In this document: positions 13,031 to 24,710 of the stretch, one piece after another
Position numbering within the stretch: position 1 is the stretch's first letter
Layout: each line of letters begins with the position of its first letter
Assembly: GCA_036172245.1 (NCBI GenBank)
Contig: JAYWIR010000012.1
Location: 1,426,001-1,490,000, forward strand
Reading direction: 5' to 3'
Length of the DNA: 64,000 bases
Source of the DNA: Raillietiella orientalis
Taxonomy: Eukaryota
The notes under the pieces: model-generated
What the model was told of the DNA's origin: nothing
Database searches by the model: none
What the model saw: the letters and a program-made list of their open reading frames with translations, nothing else
Program-made: the position numbers and the translations under genes

Positions 13031-13639
13031 TTCTTCTTGTCTCTTTTCACTTCCTCCAGGGAGACCGTCCCTGGGATGTGGATGCGATGAATCATAGGGT
13101 GGCGTTGGTCCACGGAATGCACGTCATCTAGGTGCCCACTGACTCCTGTCGTTGTAGTTTGCAGGACGGCAGGGGATCCATTCCCTCGGGGCAGCGACCC
13201 GCTTCAGTGGGAACCTAAGCGCCTTCCTGAGGGCTCGCCTGCGAGGTGGCAACGACGTTATTCGCTCGCAAACACATGCCTCAGGACCTCAGGTCTCAGA
13301 CCTAAGCACGCAGACCGACACCAGAATAGCATCCGGTTCTCGACCCTCAAGTTCATCACCCCAATCTTCAGCTGGATCTCCACCTCCTCCATCGTGAGAA
13401 CGCGACGTGGTGCGATCGGACCTTTCGCCCTCCGGAGCGAAACTTCGGCAGGCCTTTCAAAGGCCCATAGTGCTTTCCGCAGGTCCGTCTGGCACCTTGC
13501 CCCCTACGGCAGAAGTAAAGCAAAAAAGGGAAGCCGAAGGCGGGGGACAGCGAAGACGCTCCACCCGGAGGTCCTCCCCACAAGCCATCCCGGAACGACG
13601 CCAGCGCCATTTCTGCCTTCCGGAGTTCACCGAACATCT

Positions 13640-14050
13640 GCAGGATAGAAGTGTTCAGGCTAAGGGCCCACCATGGTGCTGCCCTGTGGGGATTCCTGAG
13701 CGGATCCACTTCGGCTGCCTTGCCCGCCCGACCAGGGAAACGTGCGGCCTCGACCCGTACCCGTCGCGGTGGGAGGGATACTCTCCCGCACCTGCTGTTA
13801 AAGTGCACGGGGTGCACAAGAGCTCCCGCCGCAATGCTGCAGCTTCCGAGGGGTCACCTGGGAAAAGTTTCGAGGCACCGCCTCTTCACGCGTGGATCGC
13901 CACTTCGCGCCCGCCTCCGCGGAAACGTGACGGCAAGAAAATGAGGGCCGAAAGAGGCCGGGAAGACAGGAATGTCGTCCCCATGCTCCCGGGGGGCAGG
14001 AGCGTCCGTCTTGCGCCTCGTGCGAAGATCTGCGGAAGGCGCGTGGGGAC
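13640..14050 (+). mobile_element. Decayed LINE ORF2 C-terminal zinc-finger fragment
   Basis: GGRDTLPHLLLKC...RLFTRG in ORF 13651..13944 matches CGEVETLPYLLLDC...RFFTPG of the 16789 ORF. Confidence 0.5.
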
Positions 14051-15613
14051 TCTGGAAGCGACCTCCTAAAGAGAGAGGCGGCTCGTGTCCCCGGATGTTG
14101 CTGAGTCCCAAGGGCGGAACGTGCAGCAAAAAGCCCTGCTCTTTCCGGGCTTCGCGCGGGTGTCCAGCTAAAGGATCCTCGCCGAGAGCATTTCCGGGAC
14201 ATCGGTTCCCGGCCGGCACTCAGGAACACCCCGTCCCTCTCCGTGTGGACCGGGAAGAGCTACTTTCTGCATCGCCATGCTGCTGTTCAGGGAGTTACGC
14301 CAGCAAGACGTAGCCACTGGACTCCTCTCTTCGAGGGGCGCTCTCTTTTTTGAGCTACTCCCTCCGAATCCCGCCTCGTTGACCCTTTCGCAGGAAAGTG
14401 GGAGTTTAGGGTGTCAGGAATGGGCGCGTGCGCTGGCCTCAGGAAGCGACGAGCGGCTATGGCGGATCTCTTCCGAGGAGCGTCCTCTCCCTGAGAGGTG
14501 GCCTGAGAGAGGGGATTTCCTGGAACCCTCCTCCTTCCGCGCTGCATGAGTCGGAAGTGAATCCTCAGGAAGAACTCGATGCTCCAGGAACGGGGGAAAG
14601 AGAGCGGGGGAGCGGAAAGGGAGTCCTCTTTCCGTCGGCCTCCGGTCACGAGCTGTAGCCCCCCTGGGGCAGAGTGGCCCCAAATCCTTTGTTGCTGCCG
14701 CCGGCCACTCACCGGCCGATGCCACGGGAGCCGCTGGTTTCCGCCGTGCTGCTGCTGCTGCTGCTACGGCAACGTCCCGGGAACGGACGCGACTCCGCAT
14801 CTGCAGGGGCCGGGGCAGTGAGACCCTAAAGGGGGTCGGGCAGGAGGAAATCCGAGAGAAGGTGCCGATAGCAAGGCTTTGGTAGAGGAGGACGGGGCAG
14901 CTGGAGAGGGGAACAGGACGAAGGGCCACCGCTGCCTTTTAACGAGCCCGAGGGCGTCTGGCGCCGCGTCCCACCGAGATCTTTGGGCGGCGGGTCGCGG
15001 AGGATTTCGAGAGGTGCTCAAGGAGCTCCAGTTTCCCCTCCGTCCCGCAGGGCAGCCCTCTTTCCGATGCCCTGTAGTCTGGGACTCCCCCGACGCCGAA
15101 AGGCCACGCTCTCCTCGAGTGACCACTTCCGCCCCCGAGGGCACTGTAGGGTCGATCGCTCCTCTTCGCGTCCTCTTCTCCCTCCTACCTTCGGGAGGCG
15201 AGCGCAGCTACCTCTGGGTTGCCTGCGGCACCTGCTTGCTAATTCGCCCGAATAGTGCCCTTCGGTCGGGTTCATCCCTGAGCACGGTGCCGCCATGGGG
15301 ATTCCTGAGGGAAGGGAACCACCGAGAAGAGTTCCTGGAACAAATTGCGCTCCCATAGGGGGAATCGTCCCGGCGACGTGCTCAGGATGCAGATGCAGCC
15401 GCGTCGACCTTCTGCCCTTGACAGCCCAGAGTTCTCTCACTCGCTCTCCGCCTTCCTCTTCCCTCCAGTGGTACGGAAGAGGCCGAGAAGCGCAGTCCGA
15501 TGGCTGGAGGGAGACGATCCGGCTGCTAGGCCGCTCACAGAGTTCGAGCAGTTTTGCAAGTCCAGATCCAGAGGGGAGGTCGCTGAGGAGGGCGGGAGCA
15601 GGAAGATAGGAAG

Positions 15614-15694
15614 GAGGAAGAGGAAGAAGAGGAAGAGGAAGAAGAGGAAGAGGAAGAAGAGGAAGAGGAAGAAGAGGAAGAGGAAGAAGAGGAA

Positions 15695-15729
<35 letters not shown>

Positions 15730-15758
15730 AGAAGAGGAAGAGAAGGAGGAGGAGGAAG
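15614..15758 (+). repeat. Purine-only tandem repeat, 15-bp unit (GAGGAAGAGGAAGAA)n
   Basis: Directly visible; about 8-9 units, decaying into GAG/GAA at the right end. Confidence 0.95.
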
Positions 15759-16788
15759 GTAGGAGAATCAGGATGAAAATGAGGAAAAAGAAGAAAAAAT
15801 TACGGAAGAAGAGGAACACACTTCCCCGAGGGGGAGGGCGGGAGATCCCCTCGAGAAGCGATAAAGGGACCCGCGATAGGCGGACCGCCGACGCCGTTGC
15901 GTGGTGACTGATCTACACTTTGATCTTAGGCAAAAGGTCGAGAAGCTGACTGGGGTGAAGGCCTCGAACCCCTCTGAAGGGTTCTCCTACTTGCGGGCGC
16001 TGATCCCTTCGCCGCGACCAATGGGGCCGACAGTTTTGCTGATCCAGGTGGTGCCAGACGCTTCCCTCGCGTCCCCTGAACGCACCCCCTCCTACCCTCA
16101 TCCTGCCGGCAAGGAGGTGACAGGCGCTCCGGAGAGCGCCGGATGCTGCTGCTGGTGGTAGTGATGATGATGATGAGGACGGTGGTTAGCGGTCTCTGGT
16201 CATTGTTGCTTCCTCGGACAGAGCAAGTGCGGACCTCAAGCCATTCCTCTGCAGCTGAGAACTCGCAGGAAAGTAATGGGTTGCTGCTGTGGGGGTGTCG
16301 GGACCACTTATCACTAATGAGCGCTCCCAAACATACCAGGGACCAGTCACATCACTAACCGGTGCCCACAGGACGCATCCTCCCTAATCATGTCTCCAGC
16401 TGCAGCTTCGGCAGGAGAGCACGCCTGCTTCCCCTTCCCATCAGTAATGGTTTAACACCCATCCAAGTGTCACAGCTAATTGCATCTCTTGACAGCTGGT
16501 GATCTTCTCTGGGGAGAGGGAAGGAGGGGGGGAAGAAGTGGCCTCAATCCTCATCACGGCTGCCTCACCTTCCATCCGCTTGTCTTCGTCCATGAAAGAC
16601 AGGAATAAAATCTGACCTCTGGTCAGCTGACTCGGCAATCTAAGGACCAGGGGTAATGCTGGTCACTACCTATCAGTAATATCAGGCACCCTTTGTGCCT
16701 CTATGGGAGAAGAATGCCGTTGTTGTGACGGTGGCAGTCAGGAAACTTGTTGGCCGGTGGCGGCTGGTGAGAAACACTCTTCTGCCGG

Positions 16789-18466
16789 ATGTCGACTGAG
16801 GCAGGAAGGAGAGATCTCGTCCCAGTGGGATGCAGGAATGAACGATGCAGTTTTGGAGAGATCAGGATTTGGTCAAATTCGCGAATATGCCCCACAAGCG
16901 ACAGTTGGTCGGACTGCCTACGGAAGGCTACGAATGCTCTGAGCCCGTTCCACCATGGCAGGTTCCTCCTGTCGGAGCGGGCGGCGATATGGAACACCTT
17001 CGTTGCCCCCCTCTTGCGCCCCCTGCTTTCTGTTTGCCCGCCCCCCTACTTGGGCAAGCTCCAGGCGCAGAGCCTGTTGAGGAACGCTCTGTGGGGACCT
17101 GCGAGGTCCAGGATCCGCCTCAAAGACTTGGCGGCTCCGCGTCGGGATGCTGGCTTAGGCATCCTGACGCTGGAGAGAATCGAGATGCAGGTGCAGCTTC
17201 GGATGTTGGCCCTGTGCGCCAACCTTTGGTCCACTCCGTGGTGCGCTCCCGCGCGCCTGCTCCTGCGGCGCTGCACCGGCAGCGATGGACTTCTGTCGCT
17301 GCGGCCTCATACGGAGCGCGCCACGAGAAGCTTCGGTTTCCCGATGAAACCACTATACCGGTTCCTGGAAGCCCAGGAATGGATCTCCTGCCGCCCAATG
17401 AACTTTGAAGCCTGGCGGCAGGAACCGTTGCATGGCTGGGCAAGGCACCAGGATGTTTCCCTCCTGGAACTACGGTGCGCTCACCTCTCCCCGTACTGCA
17501 CGGTGGATGAGGTGTGCAACAGCCAGGAGAAGTGGACTCGCCTGGCCGTCACGCCCCTCGCCGACGCGCTGTCAGCCCTCAGGGCAAGAGATGACAGCTG
17601 CGAACCGGCGAGATGGGAGGTCGCCTGCACCATCGCAGGAACAACACGACCTATTGGTGGCTGGAGGACTTGCGAGCTGGCGGACGCCGCCACGCCTCGC
17701 CACATCCCGAAGGGACTCCTTCGATGGAGTGAACACTTAAGTGTGGCCCCCGAAGAACTTGTGGTCCCTCCCTCCTGTTTGAACACTTCTGTGTTCCCCC
17801 TTTCGTGGAAGCAGGACGTCATCATGCTGGTGCATTGGGGTTTTCACTCCAACCAGCGGACGAACCATGTTTCCGGGGGAGTTGTCTCCCCAAACTGTAA
17901 GCGGTGCGGGGAAGTGGAAACGCTCCCGTACCTGCTCCTGGACTGCGGTGCCCTCCTAGGACTTTGGCGGAGGCTGGCCTCAGCTCTCCTGCACCAGGGG
18001 GACACCGCGAGAGACTTGATGCGCCGCTTCTTCACGCCAGGCGACCTGTCTTTCGGTGCTGTCGTTGCAACCGTGTGTTGCACCCGCGCCATCGACAAGG
18101 CCCACCGAGAGTTGGAGAAGCTGGCCATCCTTCGTCAGCTCACCGGACTAGCCAGCGCAAACATGTCGTCGGCTTAAGAGTGGGCCCACCTACCAGAGAG
18201 CGTGAGGAGAGAGATCGCCGGCATCCATCGCCGGTTCTGAAAGGAAGGAACGGCCTTACCAAAGACCCCTGCCCCCTGCCCTCCATATTTTTCTTTTTAT
18301 TTTTTATAGTAGTGTATTTGTGGTCCCCTCCCTCCCGTTCCGGACTTTCGGCATACCGACCTGCGTGTCGGGGATCCCACCCCCTTCGTCTCTTGTCTTT
18401 CCCTTTGTCCAGGAACTCTGTTCCCGGATAGTTTTTAATAAACGCCCCGGCTCACCCGGGTGATAA
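16789..18466 (+). mobile_element. 5'-truncated L1/Tx1-like LINE: ORF2 thumb + zinc-finger region, 3'UTR and terminus
   Basis: 462-aa ORF 16789..18177 with LxAPRxDAGLGI motif and CKRCGEVETLPYLLLDC (zf-RVT-like); T-rich UTR; AATAAA 18437-18442; CCCGG-N5-CCGGG hairpin 18446-18460; TGATAA. Confidence 0.9.
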
Positions 18467-19560
18467 CAAGCGACAGTTGGGGGTCACACTTCCTTCGGAA
18501 TCGCTCCGAACCGCCACAATTCTGCGGATGCAGCAAGGAACTGATGGGGCTGCGGCTGGACGAAGGGCACCTCTTACGAAGAGGAGTCGGAAAAAGTCTC
18601 TGGGGTTGGCAACCCTGGGGATGCTCAGGGTCGTCCCCAAACGTTCTCATAGGGGCTGGAGGGCAACACAAGGAGGTGCGGGAGGGGTTCCCGTTCCCTG
18701 AACCTGCGACAGTCCGGGATTACACTCCCCAGAATCCATTGGCGTCGGCGGGCGTGGCAAGGGATACCTCAGTGCAACAGCAGAGGCACCGACTCCTGCC
18801 ACTCGAGGGGGAGGGAGTCCTGCTGTCCAAGAACACTGGGGACCACTTCAGGTCTTTACGGAGAGCTCCTAGCGGCTTGCTCCAGCACGGAAGCCCACGT
18901 GACAGGCCATTTGGAATCAATCAGCTGTCCCGTGGCCCAACCACTCATCTCCGTCCTGCTGCCTGCGGCCTTGGAGGGCACTTCCCACTTCGCCGGCTGG
19001 CTGCTGCCACTCGCATCCCCAGGGAGGGCGGCGCTGCGGCAAGGGGGGTGAGCTCTGCCCACGCGCTCATGCCGAGACGAACTTCCGCGGTGATCAGCGA
19101 GCGAGGCTTCTGAGTCGCAGACTACTTCCGTCTTCCGAACTGGGCTCGTTGAGCTTCTTCCGCGAGCCAGCTGCTTTCTACAGCCAGGCACCGCAGTTGG
19201 CGGGGCTGCAGGACATCCAGCCAGTTGTTCTTCGTCAGAGTGGCCAACCGACCGAAGGGGATTCCTTGCTTTCCCACCTTCCGGATACATGACTGGCAAG
19301 GAGGCGCGCGGGAGAGCACCAGGAGCTGCTCCAGTTCTTCGCCGAGATGGCCATCGCTCTCCACCGCAGGTGCATCTCCATTCGCTCCAGCGTTAGGAGG
19401 CTAGGGCTGCCGTCCCAACGTGGAGCTTTTGCCACGTCCACTACGGTCGTCACGAAAGAAGGTCGAACTGGTAGGGACGAGTAGGAGGAGGGGGGTCGCG
19501 GAGGGGTGGAGACGGGGAGTCCGTGAGAGAAAACTCGCACCTGGAGCTGCATCCGCCGCC
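18467..19560 (-). mobile_element. Decayed L1/Tx1-like LINE ORF2 C-terminal half
   Basis: KAPRWDGSPSLLTLERMEMHLRWRAMAISAKNWSSSWCSPARLL aligns to AAPRRDAGLGILTLERIEMQVQLRMLALCANLWSTPWCAPARLL; frameshifted LLLH*GIPCHARRRQW...PDCRRFREREPLPHLLV zinc finger near 18660-18790. Confidence 0.85.
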
Positions 19561-20799
19561 GCAGGTCTTTGTGCTGGTAGTAGCCGAGACCCGGTGACTG
19601 CCACCACCACCAGGATCTGCGCCGACGAGATTCACTGGCCTGATGAGGAGCCGCTTGGTGCCTCGAGATCTTGGTGGTGGGAATGGGGTAGCAGAGATCC
19701 CGGCAAGATCCACCAGTCTTACGTGGAGGAGGGTGGCACGCGATGAGCCTTCAGGCACGGTGCAGTGGGTCCTGTGTCCCCGGAGCCGTAGGAACCTCGT
19801 CTTTCCAGGTTCCCCTTCGTCGGCAGTTCCGGATAGGCCGCTCGTTTTGTAGACGATTTCCTCCTGCGAGGTTTCTTCCTCTGAAGCGCTCCTCGCCGGA
19901 TCCTGCGTTTGTTTTTCCAATCTCTCGCTCCCGCACCCATCGAGATTTTCGATTCAAGACATTCCCGACCCTCGGTCGAGTTTCCCTAAGGTTTCGCGCT
20001 CACGCTAATTCGGCAGATTCCGTGTTTATTTCTGTCGGATGCCTGCGTCGCAGCCGACTCCCTCTTCCTCTCCTGCCTTTCCCCCTCCTTCTTCCTCCTC
20101 AGAAGACATGCGCCTGTCGCCATCCCTCACGTTCGCGCCTCGTAGTTACATCTTCGCGATAATACGTTTACGAGGGATGGAATTGACCTCGGAAGGGAGA
20201 AAAATACTTAAATGGCAGAGCAAACCTCGAGGACGTCGGCATCGCTACGACTACGCCAAGTTTTCTCCGTGAGGATGCGCGAAAGCTCTATTTGTTCCGG
20301 TTTGCTAATTGGATTTCCATTTCTATTTACTGAGGCTCGGATTCGACTCGAGGCGTACAGGGAGAGGGCGCAGAGGACTGGACTCGGCTCTTCCCAATCC
20401 TTCCGGTCGTGCAGATGAAACTGGTCTCGGGAAGAAGACCTCCTCACCAAAGGCGATTCTGAAAGGTGCAGGTAAAGGCAGTCAATCGCCGCCGCCTGTC
20501 GGTTCCTGGAGCGTTCAGAGCAAACATCCAGTCTCTGTGACAAGCACGCCACTCTCCCGCCGGGCAGGCCGGAAGGCAATGAAGAGAATTCTTGCGAATT
20601 TCTTTCCTGCCACTAAAGTCTCCCGACTTCCCGTGGAACGGTCACCTGAATTCCACCTCCCATGGGCCAGCCCGTGTGTCTCACGTGCGTGGAACACCCG
20701 TCTAGCGAATTTCGCACTTCCAGGCTCGGTGCGCGTCTTCCTCGAAGTCTCGCCTGGGTCTTCCACCCGATGACGCCGGGGAGTTTGTTTAAGAAACAA

Positions 20800-22400
20800 A
20801 CTGGGAAGCAGAAGTGCCGACTCTTCCCACTACGACTCTTCCACTTCCACTGATTGTTCTTTACTGCTGGAAGACACTCGATGTCTTCCTGTAGGATTGC
20901 TCACCATATCGCAATAATTCTTTCGCTGGGGCACTTGGAGTCGCAGCGTTCGTGAGCTAGCCCGTCGTCAAACCACCTAATTCCTGCGTCCGAAAACCTA
21001 TTTCGCAACTGACCTCCCATGTGGACGGCTGGTTACTGACCAAGTGCTTCCTGAGGAAGGGCAGCGCTGCGGCTAGAAAGGTTCTTTGCGTCCACGCGCA
21101 CGTGGTGAGCTGAACGATGACGTTCTGCAGCGAGCAGTTGCTGCAGAAGGAGTGCACTTCATCTCCGGACTCGCTTCCTTGTTCTTGGCCCGTGTGCGAA
21201 CGGTTTCTGCAGCCAGAGACTACCGTTCGCAGGCCTGCAGAGAATCCAGTTGGTCCAGGTCAGCTTGGCTACCCGCCGGAGCTCCAGCCCGCAGCTGGGC
21301 ACGTTGCGTCTGCGCCGCCACGCCAGGAACGAGGACAGTTCCGCGTAGCCGGTGGCTCTCTCGACCAGGTACCGTGCGTGCTCGCAACAGTTCGTGCTCC
21401 ACATCTTCGCTACCAGGGATAATCCTCCACTGGAGCTGCTGCCCCGGACGCTCCAGAGTCCGGACGAGACCATGGTCGCAATGCGGAGCGCACAAGTCCT
21501 TCAGGTGGACTCGGAACCTCTCTGTGTCCCAGGGGGCTATTCTCAGGAGGTCCTTCGTCCGTCTTTTCATGCTACTCGGTGAAGGGTTTAACAAAAAGCA
21601 GGGGGAGGAAGAGGGGGACCACAAACGTGTTCCACACTGCGGCTTGTTCCGGCAAAAGAAACTTGCCATCCTGGAACGGGCCGATCGCCAACTCTGGGTA
21701 GCCTTCTGGAAGTAGCTGGACCACGCCTCCACCCGGAGAATAATCCCCCAGCTGTACAGCGAGCTACTTAAAGTACTGGAAAGTGGGGATTCAGATTAAG
21801 TCCAGCTGCCCTGCCCACTCCGAAGCGACTGCTACTACGGAAGATTTCGCCCTGCTCACCTGCTACCCACTGGGTGGACCGCTAAGGAACTCTTCGGTGT
21901 TCCCACTGTGCTGGAACACGGAAGTGCTCATACACAAAGTGGGGACCAATCGTTTCTTCAGGGAACACATTTAAGAGTTCGCACTGCCAAAGATGTCCCT
22001 CCGTCCAGGAAAGAGGAGTGTTGGCGCTAACCAACTCGCTCGCATTCAAGCCGCTACAGGGGTTTCGTAACTCCTGCAGTGGTGCAGGAGGCCTCCCACC
22101 ACATCTTTGGGCTGCTGTAACTGGTTTGCCCCTGGGAAAACAGCGCTGAAGTCTCGCCCGATATTACGCGTTTCTTTAGCGTGCATGAGGGGGGTCTTCC
22201 AGTCCATTTCTGAGGAGCCAGGTGATGAGATTTTCCTCCCCAAGCCATTTGGAGTGACTCAGGAACCGGAAGCAAGTAACAGATTGCCGGTGCTTAAGTT
22301 ATTAGTGACAATCATTCACCCCTGGGATGCCTCATCTTGGGGTAACTATAAATACATTGCTCGCGAACGGGCCACTTAAAAATCGAGATTTGTCAAGATG
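20800..22400 (-). mobile_element. Decayed L1/Tx1-like LINE (RT end, thumb, to zinc finger)
   Basis: 20847-21818 is the near-identical reverse complement of 61567-62537; diverged RT remnants (QVSRAKSSV; WLAPTLLF) continue to ~22100. Confidence 0.8.
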
Positions 22401-23929
22401 AGGCAACGTCCTCATGAGAAAAGGGCGTGGGATGCGTGTGAAGAAAGGTGCTCCCTAAGAAATCCCTGAGCCTGCAACGCGACGTTCAGGAAGTGTGGAA
22501 TTTTGAAGGACACTGGGAGCAAATCTTTTGGCGACCGCGGATTCCCTGCAGGCGAGATGCAAGGATACTGGGGTGGCAACGGCTTGGCTGCTGCTTTCAA
22601 CTCGAGGAAGGAGGAGCTGAAATTTCGAATCCCACGGAAGACGGAGGTCATCTGGTCTTTGCGGCTGAAATCAACTTGGCAGCCGGTGAAAAGAAAAGTG
22701 GTCCTACCGTGGAAACAGAAGGAGCTCTCAGATCCAAGGTCTTGGTCGAAGGGGGCGCAGTGGAATGCGGTGATGGCGAGCAGCATAGGATGGAACAGCA
22801 ACGTCTTCGTTGGGTGGAGCACTTTAAAGAAAGCCACACAGCAGCGTATTCCCGAAAACGGGAAGAATGTCTGAAGATGATGAAGAGACGTCCTCCTCAT
22901 TTTTCAAGCATCTCTTCTTTAGAATAAAATCAGGAGTGGTAGAGGAAAGCTCTCTTAGTGGCATTTGGAAAATTTCGCAAGGAACTTGAAGTCACCTTTC
23001 CTGGGCGGTTGAGGACAAAAGGTTCTTTTCCACGGAAGGCCTCCATGGTGAAGTGATCCCAACGTCAGTTTTGACGAGCTCCTCTTCTGGGTTCCATGGA
23101 CCGGAAAAATGCAAGGATGGAAACGTGCGCAAGCGAAAGAACTGCCTCCGGTGAAGAGCCCGCCAATGTCCGCCAATCCAAGGTCGCTGGAGTCGCCAAC
23201 GGAAGAGTGGCGAAACTCTGCTTCCTTCACACTCGGAGCTTCTCGGGACGATCCATCGTCTGGTTTTCAGTACATCCTTCCTGATAATTCCCAAGAACTT
23301 GTGCGCAGAGCTTTGGGAAACTTGGGGAAAGGGAGCCAACTTTTTCTGAGATGTTCCAGGTGAGACCACACCGGGAGTGGTGTGAGTCAGTGGCAGCAGC
23401 CTACTCCTGGACTCTAACTCTGGAGTAACTCTGGCCCCCATTCTAACGCATAATTCTTTCGCCTTTCACTCCTGGAAAGGAGGGAAGTCCCTTGAGAAAT
23501 CGCAGGCAAGAAGGAAGCGACAGGTGGTTAGATCCTCACACAGCTGACTGATGCAGCAACCCCAAGTGAGCTACCACATGGACTTCTCGACTGGATCGAA
23601 CTGCTCAGAATTCCTCGTGGAGACCTCATGCGAGCACCCGTGGATTACCATTCGGGGAACCCAAGCTGGAACTTTTGGGGTGGCCTTGTTGGCTAAGCGA
23701 GGGTTCTTCTACTGGCCAGTGAACTTGTTGACCTCGGAAACCCGGTCGTTCACCTCCCATGCTGCAGGAGCCTCCCTTTCCTCCCAATCCCAACAATGAA
23801 TGAATGTCCTCAATGGTCGCACGCTGAGATCTGGGGAGTGGGGTCCGTGGCCCCCGGTCCACCGTCCAATGTCCCCGCAAGGGAGGGGTTCCCAAGCCGG
23901 GCATGGCGTTGCTTTTTCCGGAAGGTGTT

Positions 23930-24710
23930 CTTGTTTTTTGGGTCCTCAAGAGATGCTAAGGAACCTCCCGCCTCTTTAGGAGGAACCCACGAAGTTCTTT
24001 GACACTGTCCACTTCACCCGAGAGTGTGTGTGACTCTTCAAGATACAAGGGGTACCCCTGGAGGGGATCGCCTTATGAATCCAGGAAGGGCTACGAAGGA
24101 AGGTACGTTCCTCTCATGCTAGGGAAGAAACACCGGAGGGAACCACCTTTTCCTTATTCTCTCTGGAGGGACTACCCGGAGAGTAGACTACTCTCACACT
24201 CCTTGTTTCTTCTCCGAAAAGAAGTCGGAAGAATCTTCCGAATTTTTTTTCCGGGAAGAATCCCTAAGGAGACCGCTGCTTGTCCCCACCTCTGAAGAGA
24301 ACCCCGAAGGAACACGTTTGAATTTTCTCTGGAGGGTCGCTCCTGACGGCAGCAGCGCACTTCTTCACTCTCTGGAGAGGTATCCGTCCCCCAGCTCCAT
24401 GGTACGAGATGTACAGTGCCCCCTCCCGAGAAGGGAGCGGGTCCGCTTGCACGACCAGAGGGAAACCCCCAAAAGAACCGGCTCCTTGATTCCTGGTAGA
24501 ACCCCGAGGGTGAACTTCCAGTCCCGGAAGTCAAGGGGGACATCCGAGGGTTTTCGGTTTCCACCAGTGCCTTCGCACCCGAAGCCCGCGGGCCGACCGG
24601 CGTCGTCCTGCGAGGGGGACTCGAAATCCCGGCGGAAACAGAGGCCTTCCTCCGTAACGAGGGCGCCGGATGAGCGTGTACGAGATCCCTGGAGCTCTCC
24701 ACGTGGCTGT
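23930..24710 (-). mobile_element. Long SINE-like element, near full-length diverged copy with A tail
   Basis: Minus strand: CAGCCACGTGG head remnant, second B-box-like GGATTTCGAGTCCC (~24616-24630), colinear body, ends GGTTCCTTAGCATCTCTTGAGGACCC-AAAAAA (A run 23934-23939). Confidence 0.75.

Noticed and set aside
15345..15819. Poly-Arg/Lys and poly-Ser ORFs
   Set aside because: Artefacts of translating the purine tandem repeat
18478..18488. GGTCAC found shortly after the LINE terminus in three copies (possible target site or pseudoknot partner)
   Set aside because: Spacing varies, it is absent in other copies, and here it lies within antisense LINE sequence; likely chance
19627..19672. Hammerhead-like CTGATGAGG...CCTCGAGA
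   Set aside because: Core GAAA is GAGA, stem I cannot form, and it is single-copy
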